Assembly: GCA_951406725.2 (NCBI GenBank)
Contig: OX597817.1
Coordinates: 108,562,001-108,626,000 of the forward strand
From: Octopus vulgaris
Taxonomy: Eukaryota
Direction: 5' to 3'
Length of the DNA: 64,000 bases
Shown: positions 1 through 12,854 of the stretch, in pieces
Numbering within the stretch: position 1 is the first letter of the stretch
Layout of the letters: every line of letters starts with the position of its first letter
Notes under the pieces: model-generated
The model's database searches: none
Told to the model about the DNA's origin: nothing
The model's input: only the letters and a program-made list of their open reading frames with translations
Position numbers and translations under genes: made by a program

Positions 1-103
1 AACTTGCAACATTTGGGGCTTTCTTTGCAAATCGGGACTTAAGTGTCACATTCGACGTAAACGTTATGACTGACAAAGAAAGAAACCGACGGGAGAGTCC
101 ATG

Positions 104-189
<86 letters not shown>

Positions 190-319
190 GTATAGTATTA
201 GGAAGGGAGTTTAAAACTAGTTGCTTTTTTCTTTATGAGATCAGCAACTGTGTGTCACTTTAAAAAGTATATAGTATGAACAAATCGAATAAGCCCTCAC
301 CACTGGCTTGTGATTATTT

Positions 320-664
320 CGCACTGAAAACAGGCCATTGAAGAGCCTTTAGTCGAGTAAACAGACCCCAAGACTTATTTTTAAACCCTTGCACTTATTC
401 TGTCCTTCACTTTTGCCAAACCCTTAAGTTACGGGTACGTAAACACACCAACACCAGTTGTCAAGCACTGATATTAGAGACAAATACACACATATAGATA
501 CACCCACACACTCACACACACATTGTTTCAGTTTCCGTCTGCTAACCTACTCACAAGGCTTTGGTTGACTCGAAGAAAATTGCTCAAGGTACCACACTGT
601 GGGACTGAATCCGGAACCATGTAGTTGGAAAGCAAGCTTCCTACCACAGAGCCACGCTTGTGCC
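320..664 (-). mobile_element. tRNA-derived SINE, family A (head + internal microsatellite + tail)
   Basis: Reverse complement matches the better preserved copies at 58731 and 62576 (gtggctctgtggtag...catggttccggattcagtcccac head; gtaacttaagggtttggcaaaa and gtcttggggtc tail). Confidence 0.8.
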
Positions 665-1459
665 AATATGTAGAAAATTTATATTTATTTAGGTACGTTT
701 ACAGTTAACGACTACAGACACAAACGAACGCATGTATACAGTTTGGTTATATTACAAACAGCAGTCGTTTTCGACATCATCAAACGAATTTGAAAGTTCG
801 ACAATTGAAAAATTCACAGCAGGTTTAGCCTGGAAAAATATCCACGAAAATATCTGAAGTGGTCTCGAAGAAAACAAGACTAAAGAAGTGCGGGGTTAAT
901 TCTTAATATGGAAGTTTTGAGTTCTAACTTTATACTATTGCAAAGAAAAAGTTAAAATAAATGTAGAAGGGAAAGATAAAGAGCAAAATAGAAGTCGAAG
1001 AGGAAGAAAGCAAAAAAAAAAAAAGGGAAGAGAAAGGATCAGAAGAAAGAATATTTGGAGGACATGAAAAAGAAAAGGGGAAAGAAGATTAAGAAAGAGG
1101 AGGAGAGAAAAATGGTGATGACAAGCGGGTGGAGAAGAAGTAAAAGAAGGTGAAGAAGTTGAAGAAGAAGAGAGAGGAAAAGGTGGATGAGATGAAAGAA
1201 ATTAAGGTCATAGAATCTAAGCACAGAGGTGGTAAAGATGAGAAAAATCCCCGAGGTAAAAACCATCCTTAAACGGAAAGTTTTGTGTGGTTAGTGGAAT
1301 TAAATTTCTTAAATTAGAAAATACATAAAAAAAATTATGAGTTGATAAAATAGAAGGGAGTCTGCTGGTTAAAGAGAGAAAGACGCAAAGATAAGCTAAG
1401 GAAATATCGTTACAAGTAAATAAGGTTAAAAAATATAAATAAAAAATAAAAATAAGCAT

Positions 1460-1778
1460 AGGTTCTTCTCAACCACGGGGCTTAGGTCGTGGTCCCACTG
1501 CGCATCATCATGGGAAAATGCATCTTACTATACACACCTAGGCAGATTTATACCTCGTGAGTGGATTCATTTGGCAGAAACTGTATGGAAGCCTGTCATA
1601 TATATATATGTATAAATGTATGTATATGTACATATACACGCACACACATTGATGTATATGTACACACACACACACATTGATGTATATGTACACACACACG
1701 AACACAGACACGCGTGCACACACACACACAGTGCTCTAGCATGACCACAATCAAATATCTGAAACTAGTAAAAGAGTA
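1460..1778 (+). mobile_element. Degenerate SINE family A copy
   Basis: gtcccactgcgcatcatcatgggaaaatg, gtgagtggattc and tail gtgctctagcatgaccaca...gaaactagtaaaagagta. Confidence 0.65.
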
Positions 1779-1797
1779 TAATATATATATATGTGTG

Positions 1798-1885
<88 letters not shown>

Positions 1886-1888
<3 letters not shown>

Positions 1889-2153
1889 GGTCGCAATGGC
1901 CCAGTGGTTAGGGCAGCGGACTCGCGGTCGTAGGGTCGCGGTTTCGATTCCCTGTATTCGGGCGGTGTGAGTGTTTATTGAGCGAAAACACCTAAAAGCT
2001 CCACGAGGCTCCGGCAAGGGGTGGTGATCTCTGCTGTACTCTTTCACCACTCTTTCATTCTGTCTTCTGTTGGTCATTCGAAGGCTAAAACAATGCGAAC
2101 GCATTGTGACCAGCGATGTGTAACAACATCTGATGGTCTGGTCGGTCACGTGA
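1886..2153 (+). mobile_element. tRNA-derived SINE inserted in (TA)n
   Basis: Pol III A box tggcccagtggtta and B box gtttcgattcc; tail cattgtgaccagcgatgtgtaacaacatctgat similar to 14675-14720; (TA)n on both sides. Confidence 0.8.
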
Positions 2154-2721
2154 TATATATATATATACACACGATGGTATATATAAGTATGTATTTATGT
2201 TAGTTGTGCCGCTACTTGACAACAGTTGTTGACTTGTTTAGGATATAAACAATAGAATTTAAATAGAACCCAGAAGAAACGTTACAACGCGTTTTGTTTG
2301 ACCCGAGGGTTGATGAAACCTTTCATTGTTTTAAATTTTGACACAATCCCGTAATTTAAACTTATTGAACTACATCAATCCCACTTCTAGATTGACCGAA
2401 TCCGATATGATGGAAGGCGGGATTTGAAATGGTGCAATTTGAAATGGTGCAATTTTGTCCCTCACGCCAGTTAGTACACCAACTCACACCCTTCATGGTA
2501 TCAATTCTTTCTAATTTTGCTACATGACCAGCAATTTTGAGGGAAAGAATTAGTCGGTATCATCGACCGCAGTATGGGGCTAGTACTTTATTTTATAGAT
2601 AGAAATATAAAAGGCAAATTTGACCTCGGTGGGTTTTGAACTCAGCTTGTAAAAGGCCAATACTGCAAAAGCGCTTATAACGATACTCTAATAACTTTGC
2701 CAATCCAACCACCTTTATAAT

Positions 2722-3097
2722 TATTTCTACTCTAAGCACAAGGTCTTGAAAATTTTGGGCGAAGGGGGCTTGTCGATTATATCGACTTCAGTGCGCAACT
2801 GGTACTTAATTCATCGACCCCGAAAGGATGAAAAGCAAAGTCGACCTCAACGGAATTCGAACTCTGAACGTAGCGGCAGACGAAATACCTATTTCTTTAC
2901 TACCCACAAGGGGCTAAACACAGAGAGGACAAACAAGGACAGACAAACGGATTAAGTCGATTATATCGACCCCAGTGCGTAACTGGTACTTATTTAATCG
3001 ACTCCGAAAGGATGAAAGGCAAAGTCGACCTCGGCGGAATTTGAACTCAGTACGTAGCGGCAGACGAAATACAGCTAAGCATTTCGCCCGGCGTGCA
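2722..3097 (-). mobile_element. SINE family B, head-to-tail dimer
   Basis: Two consecutive units containing gagttcaaattccgccgaggtcgactttgcctttcatcctttcggggtcga on the minus strand. Confidence 0.85.
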
Positions 3098-4142
3098 ACA
3101 CCTTTTATAATAAAAATGAGAAAAACCAAAGGGTAAAAAAAGAGCTTAACATCATTATCTTTTCAAAATTAATGATATAATCTAGTTGGTGTTTAGAGGT
3201 GAGCTTATAAAAAAGACAAATGCGTTTATTGCAGATTACATTTCTTGGCAGAAACATATTATAGAAAGAAATGATTAGTATTTTATAAATAAAGTAAAAA
3301 AATAAATTGCCAAGTTGAAGTATATTTAAATTCCTAAATAAATACAAGAGTAAATATATTGCCTAACCACAAGTAGGGCAAACATATATTGTTGTATCGT
3401 AAAAGGGACTAGTTTTTTCATTTAATATATCCAATATTAGATATATACTCTATGTAGAGAGGATAGGAAAACTGGTATTAAGATTTAAAAGTTTAAAATT
3501 TGATATGACAAATGTAAAGGAATAGAAGCAAAAATATTAAAGACGAAAAATAATGAAATATAGCACTTAACGGACATGTAGAATTAAGAAGGATGCAAGT
3601 TTTAAAATAAATTGAAACCTATGACAAAAGTTAGTGCAGAATTAAAGAGGACTTTAATATATTCGAGCGGATACTTAAGAAATATTCAAAATATTAAATA
3701 ATCTAGTAAAAAAGGGAAGTACAAAATTAAAATTAACAAATCAAAACAACTTTAGATAGAAAGTAAATAAAATTAGGTAAGTTAGTTCAATGTAAGGGAA
3801 TTAGAGTTAAGATAAAAATAAATATAATATGAAATGTAGGGAAATAGATTATGCAAGTGAAAAGAAAGTAAATGACTGAATTGGAAAATTAACAAATGTT
3901 TATTGTAATCCCCAAATGTGGTGATATTTTATTATAAAAGTATCTTAGGTGGCAGAAGAACACTCATATACGGTAAAAGCATGGAAAATAATAATGGTTT
4001 TAAATTTTGGCACAGGACTAGTAGTGTCTGAGTGCGGGAAGTCGATTACATTGCAGTATTTGACAGATATTTATCTTAATTACCGCGAAAGGATGGAATG
4101 CAAAGTTTATCTCAGTAGAGTTAGCACGAAACTTAATGAGTA

Positions 4143-4523
4143 ATAATTCTTTCAACTATAGGCAGGGAGGGAACTAGTCGATTACATCGACCCCAATGTT
4201 TAACTGGTATTTAATTTATCGAACCCGAAAGGATGAAAGGCAATGCGACTTCGGCGGAATTTGAGCTCAGAACGTAGCGACGGGCGAAATAACTATTTCT
4301 TTAATATCCACTAGGGGCTAACACATACGGGACAAACAAGGACAGACAAACGGATTAAGTCGATTATATCGACCCCAGTGCGTAACTGGTACTTAATTTA
4401 TCGACCCCTAAAAGATGAAAGGCAAAGTCGACCTCGGCGGAATTTGAACTCAGAACGTAACGGCAGACGAAATACGGCTATGCATTTCGGCCGGCGTGCT
4501 AACGTTTCTGCTAGCTCGCCGCT
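4143..4523 (-). mobile_element. SINE family B, head-to-tail dimer
   Basis: Same two-unit structure and same junction as 2722-3097. Confidence 0.85.
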
Positions 4524-4624
4524 TTCATAATGAATAATAATAAGCTGTAATAAGTAAGTTTATGTAAGGTGGCCAAATCGAATTAAGATCGGTCTTAAAG
4601 ATAAATGACCATAGGATTGCATCA

Positions 4625-4878
4625 AGAAAGTTCCCTTCCGAGACACAAATCAGGGCAAGGTTGTTTATGGAAGACTAGGAGACGCCCACGCATATCAGAT
4701 TTCCCTCTCCACGTCACCTATGTTGTCCAAGAGAAAGGCAAGGCACCAGTCACATCTCAACTCATTTCTATTGATGAATGAACCAGAGCAACCTGCAATA
4801 AAGTGTCTTGCTGAAAAACACAATGAACAGGAATCGAACTCACTACCTCGACGCTCTAACCACTGAACCATGCACCTT
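4625..4878 (-). mobile_element. Degenerate tRNA/CORE-like SINE
   Basis: Minus strand catggttcagtggttagagcgtc (A box), gagttcgattcc (B box), gcaagacactttattgcaggttgctctggttcattca core-like segment. Confidence 0.65.
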
Positions 4879-4952
4879 CAACGTCGGTCTTCCAGTAAAG
4901 TAAATAATGAAGGGAAGTCAGTAGATAAAATTTGGGTATAAGTGATGATGGT

Positions 4953-5248
4953 GGGCACTCTTGTCGTAAACGACTGGTGAGAATTCTGCCATTTCTCGCT
5001 GAACAACTTGCGCAGATGTCTTGTTAAAAGTGATCTAATGATTGCAATGCACATTAGCTCATTCCCTCCATCAAATCAACATTACCTTACAGGTGCACGG
5101 TGTGCTACACGTTAGATATCGAAGTGAGTGTAGAGCAACGTGAAATTAAGTGTTTTGCTCAAGGACACAGCACATCGCCTGGTCAGGAAATATAGAACGC
5201 AATATTGCAGCCGTGAGTGTCGCAGTGTAACCACCAGGCTGCATGCTT
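4953..5248 (-). mobile_element. Degenerate tRNA/CORE-like SINE, also present in duplicate copy 2 at ~8505-8785
   Basis: gagcaacgtgaaattaagtgttttgctcaaggacac matches the reverse complement of the core in 23306-23550 and 35597-35900. Confidence 0.65.
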
Positions 5249-6059
5249 TCATTCACGTACGCACGTACACATACAAACAGCTTTGTGTAAGCATACATAT
5301 GGAAAAGCTTTATATTTGCTTACATTCGTATATAAATATTTACAGTTAACTTGTACGTTTCGTTACATAACAAACTGCAGTAGTTTACGTTCTCTTCATA
5401 TCATCAAATGAAATTAAGGAATTTATAGCACGTATATCCTAGAAAATATATCATTGAAAATTTCTGAAGTGCTGCCGACGAAAAGACAAAAGAAATAGAA
5501 CGTAAATATATAATATGGACGTTTTGGAGCTGTAGATTATTATTATTATAATATCGTAGAAAAAGATGGAGAAGGAAAAGTTTAAAAGGAATAACATGAA
5601 AGACGAAGAACTGTGAGAAAGAATGGGAAGAAAAGGAAAATTAGGAGAAGGAGCAGGAGGAAGAGTAGGAGGAGATGAAGTAAAAACAAGAGCAGAAGAA
5701 GGAGAAAGAAGCTTAGGAGCAGGAGATGGAGGAGAAAAAGAAAACAGTGACAGCGACGACGACAAAGAAAATGAAGAACTAGAAAAAGAAAAAAATCGCA
5801 AGAGATAGACAGTATGAATGCATTGATCTAAGTACTAAGATGTTAATATGAAAACAATCCCCGAGGTTAAAAACCATCCTTAAATGGAAATTTGTGTGTA
5901 TGTCAACCGAATTAACAAAAAATTCATTCTTAAATTAGAAGATGCATAAAAATTTGTGAGTTGATGAAACAGAAGGGAACCTGCGATGAATTATGAGAGA
6001 GAGAAAAATCAATAAAACTAAATATAAAATCAGGCTTAGCTGTGTGGCTAAGAAATTCT

Positions 6060-6805
6060 CCTCGTAACTATTGGGTTTCGGCCCTGTTTACACTTGAGTT
6101 CTTGTAGGCGAAGTTCCCGAGTGGTTGGTTTAGATACAACTGTACAGATCCTTTTAGCAATATTGAATGGGATATTTATTTTGGTGTGTTTAGGATGGCA
6201 TGAACTGAAAAGGAGATACTGTGTTGAGTCTGTTGGTTTGTAGTAAATGTCAGTTCTAGTTTGGCTGCTGGATTTTTTTACAATCAAAATGCCCAGAAAT
6301 GGTAGCTGTTCCTTGCTTTATTCCATTATAAATTGAATATTGGAGTTTATATTGTTCAGTGGGGGTTTGAAATTCAGATTTCATTTCAATTGATAAAACA
6401 ATTGTCTAGGTACCTTTTCCAGTTTTCTCTTATACATTTGTAGAATGGGGGTCCAAATTTTTGGAGCGAAAGTTCATATGGGGTATAGTCAAAGAAACTC
6501 ATTATTAGGCCCGCAATGACATGCGCTGCTTTCGTTCCCATCGCAATACCGCATTTTTGGCGGTAATATGTTGTATCGAATAGGAAGCAACTGTTTTGTA
6601 GGATTCAATGACTAAGTGCTGGTTTATGCGGTCCAGGAGAACTTCGGGGTATTTTTCTAACCAGAATTGTATTGCCTCTATTCCGTAGTCATGTGAAATG
6701 TTAGTGTAGAGGTTGATGACATCGAATGAGACGAATAGTGCTTCTTCGTTGGTGGTTTTTGGTAGATGCTCTAGCATGTCCGGATCGTCTCTAATGAAAC
6801 TTTTA
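6060..6805 (-). mobile_element. Penelope-like element, decayed RT fragment
   Basis: Translated pieces LFVSFDVINLYTNISH, GIAMGTK and YYKPTDSTQYLLFSSCHPKHTKINIPF are typical of PLE RT; 6090-6240 is similar to 48030-48175. Confidence 0.85.
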
Positions 6806-7777
6806 ATCTATCTAAGGAAAGGTTTCAATAGTTTCAATAGTAGAAAGTTGCTTAGTGGGGGGTGTTACACCGGCTGGGCCCGCCATAATAGGCCTTAATT
6901 TTAAGTATTCTGGTATTGGGATATTTATTTATAGACCTGAATTTGATTTGCAAGCATTAGTAATTAACTCTTGTGGATTTTTACCATGCACTACTGTGTT
7001 AGCAGTGCTCTGGAATCGCGTGTTATGGTCATCTCTATAGATTTTCCATAGAAACTATAGTCAACACTGATTTTGTTACGACGCTTCGTATCCGAGACGT
7101 CGGATGTGAACAAACAATGTGATCAGAGATAATGAAAATTACGATATAATCTAGTTGGTGTTTAGCGGTGAGCCGATATAAATGATAAAGACATTCATTG
7201 CAAATTTCAGTTTTTGACAGAAATATATTGTAAAAAGAAATGATTAGGATTTTATAAGCTAAGTAAAAAGATACAAAAAAAAACTCTAATGTTAATTTGG
7301 CAAATTAAAGCATATTCAAATTTAAATTCCTAAATAAATACACGGATACACATATTACTACAATGGCGGTGCTCCAGCATGGCCACAGTTTTTGGACTGA
7401 AACATATAAAAGAATAAAATAATTTTATCCAAAAGTAGGGGGGCAAACGTATATTGTAGAGTAAAAGGGACTGGATATTATAATTTTACATTTTATAAAT
7501 CCAATATTATATATATATATAACCTCATGTGGGCAATAAAGACATAAATATTAAATATATATTTTAAGACAATAGAATAAGAAAACCGGTATTAAGATTT
7601 AAAAATTAAAAATGTAACTAATATAAAGGAATAGAAGCGGAAATGTATAGGCGAGGGAAAATGAAATATAGCACTTGGATATATTATGGAATTAAGAAAC
7701 AAGTTGTAAAATGAATTGAAAAGTGCAATAAAAGCTTATACAGAATTAAAGAGGTACGTAACTATATTAAGTTCTTA

Positions 7778-8008
7778 AGGCGACAAGCTGGCAGAAACGT
7801 TAGCACGTCGGGCGAAATGTGTAGCCGTATTTCGTCTGCCGTTACGTTCTGGGTTCAAATTCCGCCGAGGTCGACTTTGCCTTTCATCCTTTCGGGATCG
7901 ATAAATTAAGTACCAGTTACGCACTGGGGTCGATATAATTGACTTAATCCCTTTGTCTGTCCTTGTTTGTCTGCTCTGTGTTTAGCCCCTTGTGGGTAGT
8001 AAAGAAAT
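7778..8008 (+). mobile_element. SINE family B monomer
   Basis: ggcgacaagctggcagaaacgttagcac head, ggttcaaattcc B box, tail gccccttgtgggtagtaaagaaat. Confidence 0.85.
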
Positions 8009-9754
8009 ATATATTAAGTTCTTTCGAGTAATTATTAGATATACAAAATATTAAATAAACATATTAAAAAGAAAACTTAAAGATGGCAAATGCTAAGGAT
8101 TTCAAATAATTATGAAAATACGGTAAAATTACATAGAAGGTGAATGATATTAAGGAAATCGGATCAATGTAAAGGAATCAGAGTTAACATAAAATTAAAT
8201 ACAATAAAATACAGGGAACTAGATCATGCAAGATAAAAGAAATTTTATGAAGGAAGAAGGTGAATAAATTAGGGAATTCATAGTTTCATATAAATTCCAA
8301 AAAGTGTGTAATATGTTCTTCTAAACGGATTATATTGAACAGAAGAATACTTATATACGGTTGAAGCACGAAGAGTAATAATGATCAATAATAAACCTTA
8401 AGAAGTAAGATTACGTAAAGAGGCTTAATTGAATTAAGGTCGGTCTTACAATAAAGTAAATACTGTAAGGAAAGAAGTTACATTTTAGATATAAGCAGTG
8501 GTAATGAACTTTCCTCTAACAAACGACAGCTGATAATTCTGCCTTTTGTTGCTGAAAACCTGCACATGCTTTGTTCACAGTGATAAAACGCTTGTACTGC
8601 ACATTAGCTTACTCTCTCCATTGAATCGACATTGTGTGTACAGAGGCACGGTGTGCCATACATCTGATGTCGGAGTGATCGCAGATGAACGTGAAATGAA
8701 ATGTTTTGCTCAAGAACACAACAACTCGGTTGGTCAGTGTATGGGACAGTAATCTTGTAACTGTGAGTGCAACATCCTAACCTTATACACCGTACTGGGG
8801 TATAGGTGACATCTTCAAGTTGGTCTCAGTACAAATCAGAAATCAAAATACTTTGAAAAACAATCAGGTTCTACTGGATGCAAGTGTATTGCAATTCAGT
8901 CAAGAAAGCAGGTTGCCATTTTGGTAAAACACATGACAATCGATAAGATCACTAATTTCCGCTGAGTCATTTGTGTCCATGCTTTGATCGAACAGAATAT
9001 TTGAAGGTTTTTTTTTATGATATGGCATCCTGGTGTTTTAAGATCGTTTTGCATGCGTGCGTTATTTTGTCGATATCTGACTTTTTAATGCTGGTTATGG
9101 ATTTAGCAAACTAGACCATACCGAATAGAAGAAAAGTAATAGAAGAAAACTAATCTTTTAAACTACTTTTGTGAAGAATACGTTTAAACCATTTCATGAC
9201 GTTGTTACTACTCTACCGTAAACGCAAAGAATTACGATATCAAATATAAATTTGCTAATTTTTCCAATATCTGTTTTCATGGTGTTTATAATTTTAACAC
9301 GAGACTTTTGTTAACTTTATGTTTGTGGCGTTTCTTTGTGAAATAAAGAGCTTTCTTATACAAATTAATGGCGATTGGAAATTAGTATTTGGTAGCTATT
9401 TTTTTTTATTCATTTCGCATATGTGTTGAGTTTTATCCTATTGGAGAAAAATATAATTCAATGTTTTTATGTTATATAATTTATGTTCCATCGTTCTCTC
9501 TAAAACTTCTTTTCTATTCTCTGTGTCATGCATTTGAAGTATCCCTTCCAGGAAGGAATTGCAGTGTTTTGAGTAAAGCTATTTTCTGTTTCTAGATGTC
9601 AGTAAAATAGAAAAAGATGTCAGTAAGAAAGGTCACTAAAAGGACTAAAGTTGCTGTTATTTATTAATTCAATAGTTTTGTTAGAAAGTGCAGTATGTTC
9701 CAGTCATTTGATCTTATCAGACGAAATATAGGTTAAAGAATATATTGCATTTTA

Positions 9755-10044
9755 CCTATTTCAGTCATTGGATTGTGCCCATGCTGCCGCACAGCCTTGA
9801 ATAGTTTTAGTCGAACAGATCACCACCAGTACTTATATTTTCAGTCTAGTGCTTATTTTATCGACCCCTCTTACCGAACCGCTAAATTACGAGGGATACA
9901 AACATAACACAGACACACGCACACATGACTCGCCCTCACATTCTCCCTATATATATATATACACATAATATAATATATATACAATATATAATATATATAT
10001 ATAATATATAATGTATATATATATATATAATATATATAATATAT

Positions 10045-10132
<88 letters not shown>

Positions 10133-10139
10133 TATATAC

Positions 10140-10177
<38 letters not shown>

Positions 10178-10284
10178 GACTGCGACATTTCCGGCGCTTC
10201 ATAGGCGACGGTGAACAGGTGTGGTCGCCGTTTGTGCGGTGCGCTTTCCCGCAGCTCATCTCCTTGGCCGAACTACAGTCGTGT

Positions 10285-10354
<70 letters not shown>

Positions 10355-10450
10355 CAACAGTCTTCTTTCAGTTTCTGTCTGTATACTTACAAGATATTAT
10401 TAAGTCCGAGGTGACAGTAAAAGTCACTTGCCCAAGGTGTCACGCATGCG
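9755..10450 (-). mobile_element. SINE family A split by expanded (TA)n/(GATA)n and a GC-rich insert
   Basis: Tail at 9755-9925 and head at 10355-10450 are both on the minus strand and in the correct order. Confidence 0.65.
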
Positions 10451-11490
10451 CCTGTAACATGCCACACAAGCGCTTGTAACATATAGATATTTTCTTCATG
10501 TAGTTTATCTAATACATAGTTTGCCTCTGAGTAATTGATCTATGGAAACATTTTAGATAGAGTCACAGGCACAGAAAGTAAAATGAAAAGGGGACATTAA
10601 TTCCCGAAAGAAAAATTTTCGAGTTCCAGGTAATATTATGAATGATGGAGATAGAAAGAAAAGAAACGAAAGGGCAGAAAGAAGAATAAGAAAAGCCTCG
10701 GTGAAAGTGATAAAGAAGAAGATCTTAGCGCTATTAAGGTAATAAAAGGGTGCATTAATATCGTAGGATAGTCTTTTTCTTTCTCATTTCTTTCTCTTTT
10801 ATTTTCTTTTATTTATTTTTGTTTTTATCCCCACCATTCTTATATAATATGTTACAACTCGGAAATTTCTCTGTTAACAATTAATCTACCCTTATATGCT
10901 TTACGTTCCACAGCCAAACTATATATACTACGGCATATATATATATATATTAGTTTATTAAAGTTTAGGCTTCGTTTGAAAAGATCTCGACAAAGATCTG
11001 GAAGAGCGCTTTTTCTAACAAACCTATTTAATATCTTAATATGGGTCTCTTCACTTACTTTCTCTCTGCCTCTCTATTTCTTTCTCTGTGTATGTAAGGA
11101 TACATACGTGCATACAAACAAACACGATTGACTGTATGGGTGTGGATATAAATATATATTTGTTATATAAATTTGTAGTGCAATATATGGATTCATAGAA
11201 TTTTGTGGCAATCACAGAAAAACTTCTCTAGTGGACTCGGCCACAAAACAACATAGTAATCCAATACGGAGGAGCGTAATGTAGAATCCCATGTAGCTGG
11301 ATTCCAATAGGTCTAATCTACGAAATTATTCCATGAGCAGTACACAGATCATAAATTGTCAGGCAGAATGAGAGATGAATATTTATTTCACCAGTTGATA
11401 TCCGAGGATATCAATTAGCAAAACAACCGTCATATTATGGGTATCAACTGGTGAAAAAGATGTTTTTCTCTCATAGTTTTTTGTAATGTA

Positions 11491-11525
<35 letters not shown>

Positions 11526-11620
11526 GTATATACACACATACACACACACACACACATGTATATACATACACACACATATATATATACACACACATATATA
11601 TATATATGTGTGTATATATA

Positions 11621-12337
11621 TATATTATATAGAGGGCATAACTATTCATAAATGCCACACGCTGGGAGGGACTCTTAAAGTCAAAACTACCAAAATGAAT
11701 AAACACATACTATCGAATGCCCTCTATATAATATAAATAAATATATTTAAGAGAGAAATTGACGGATTTTTCTCTTATGAGGTTTTTCACGCTAACTACT
11801 TGATAAATTCTTATAAATATTTTGTCCTAATTTTAAATTGTAAATTTAACCGGAATATATTCAGTACTGAATTTTTATTCCGAATAACACGTTGTATCGG
11901 ATGCAATTCGAAAAAGCCTGCCTTTTTCATAGATATATAAAGGTTTAACATTTCTATATGCTACGCTGGATACTTTGGGGGTTCGACTGGTATGTTGATT
12001 TTTGGTCATTCATTGTAAATCTTGAATTATGCTTGCACTGAAGATTAAAAAGTGCATTTCTTCACTAATTATGAAATCATGTGATTTGCAGCTGAATTCT
12101 GTTTTTTAAAAGACTTCGAGAGTTGCATTCCCTCGCATCCGGTACTATGTGTTTATTTATTTTGGTAGTTTTGACTTTAAGAGTCCCTCCTAGCGTGTGG
12201 CATTTTTGTATAGTAATGCCCTCTATATAATATAAATAAATATATTTAAGAGAGAAATTGACGGATTTTTCTCTTATGAGGGTTTTCACGCTAACTACTT
12301 GATAAATTCTTATAATGATTTTATCCTAATTTTAAAT
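11621..12337. mobile_element. Non-coding Penelope-like repeat with inverted + partial-tandem termini
   Basis: 11621-11715 is the inverted copy of 12140-12233; 11716-11838 is a direct repeat of 12215-12337. Confidence 0.75.
12031..12092 (+). ncRNA. Hammerhead ribozyme-like motif (type I, minimal)
   Basis: ttgca-CTGAAGA-[weak stem II, agtg/cact]-GAAA-tcatgtga-TT-tgcag; stem I ttgca/tgcag. Confidence 0.55.
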
Positions 12338-12519
12338 ATGTATATATATATATAGTTAGTGAAGTAGATAAATTAATTATCTTATTACGGATAATTCAAA
12401 TGATAACCGATACCTGGGTAGCAAAAATATCACAACAGAAAAACATTTTTTTCATGGGCTCCTCGTGAGCGTTTGTCGAAAAGCTTGTTGTGCATTTGTT
12501 GGAGAATTAAGTTCCTGGA

Positions 12520-12603
12520 TTTTCCTGAAGAGAAAGCTGCAAAATGGACTCCTTATTCAATCCGAATTAGGGACTTTGCAGCCTTCGAAACATATGTGGA
12601 AAA
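12520..12603 (+). ncRNA. Hammerhead ribozyme-like motif (type I, minimal)
   Basis: ttttc-CTGAAGA-gaaagctgcaaa...tttgcagccttc-GAAAC-atat-GTG-gaaaa; stems I and II pair; the cleavage triplet is GUG (non-canonical). Confidence 0.7.
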
Positions 12604-12655
12604 TAATATAAAGGAACTTTGTTAAATCTTCGTTCAGCTCTATTTCTTCCTACAC

Positions 12656-12741
<86 letters not shown>

Positions 12742-12854
12742 CATAGATATAGATAGATACATAGATAAGTAGATAGATGGATATATATATATATACATAC
12801 ATACATACTTACATACATACATATATACGTACATACGTGCATACATACATACAC

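Larger units (their letters stand above)
695..5250. repeat. Copy 1 of an old local tandem duplication
   Basis: Collinear blocks shared with 5340-8785, e.g. aatccccgaggt-aaaaaccatccttaaa (~1247/~5857) and gatataatctagttggtgtttag (~3174/~7143). Confidence 0.8.
5340..8785. repeat. Copy 2 of an old local tandem duplication
   Basis: Collinear homology with 695-5250, ending in the same SINE. Confidence 0.8.

Noticed and set aside
1886-1960. tRNA genes at SINE heads
   Set aside because: A/B boxes continue into SINE bodies; no complete cloverleaf.
5623-5808. Glu/Gly/Lys-rich ORF
   Set aside because: Purine-rich low complexity; the duplicate at ~960-1200 does not keep the frame.
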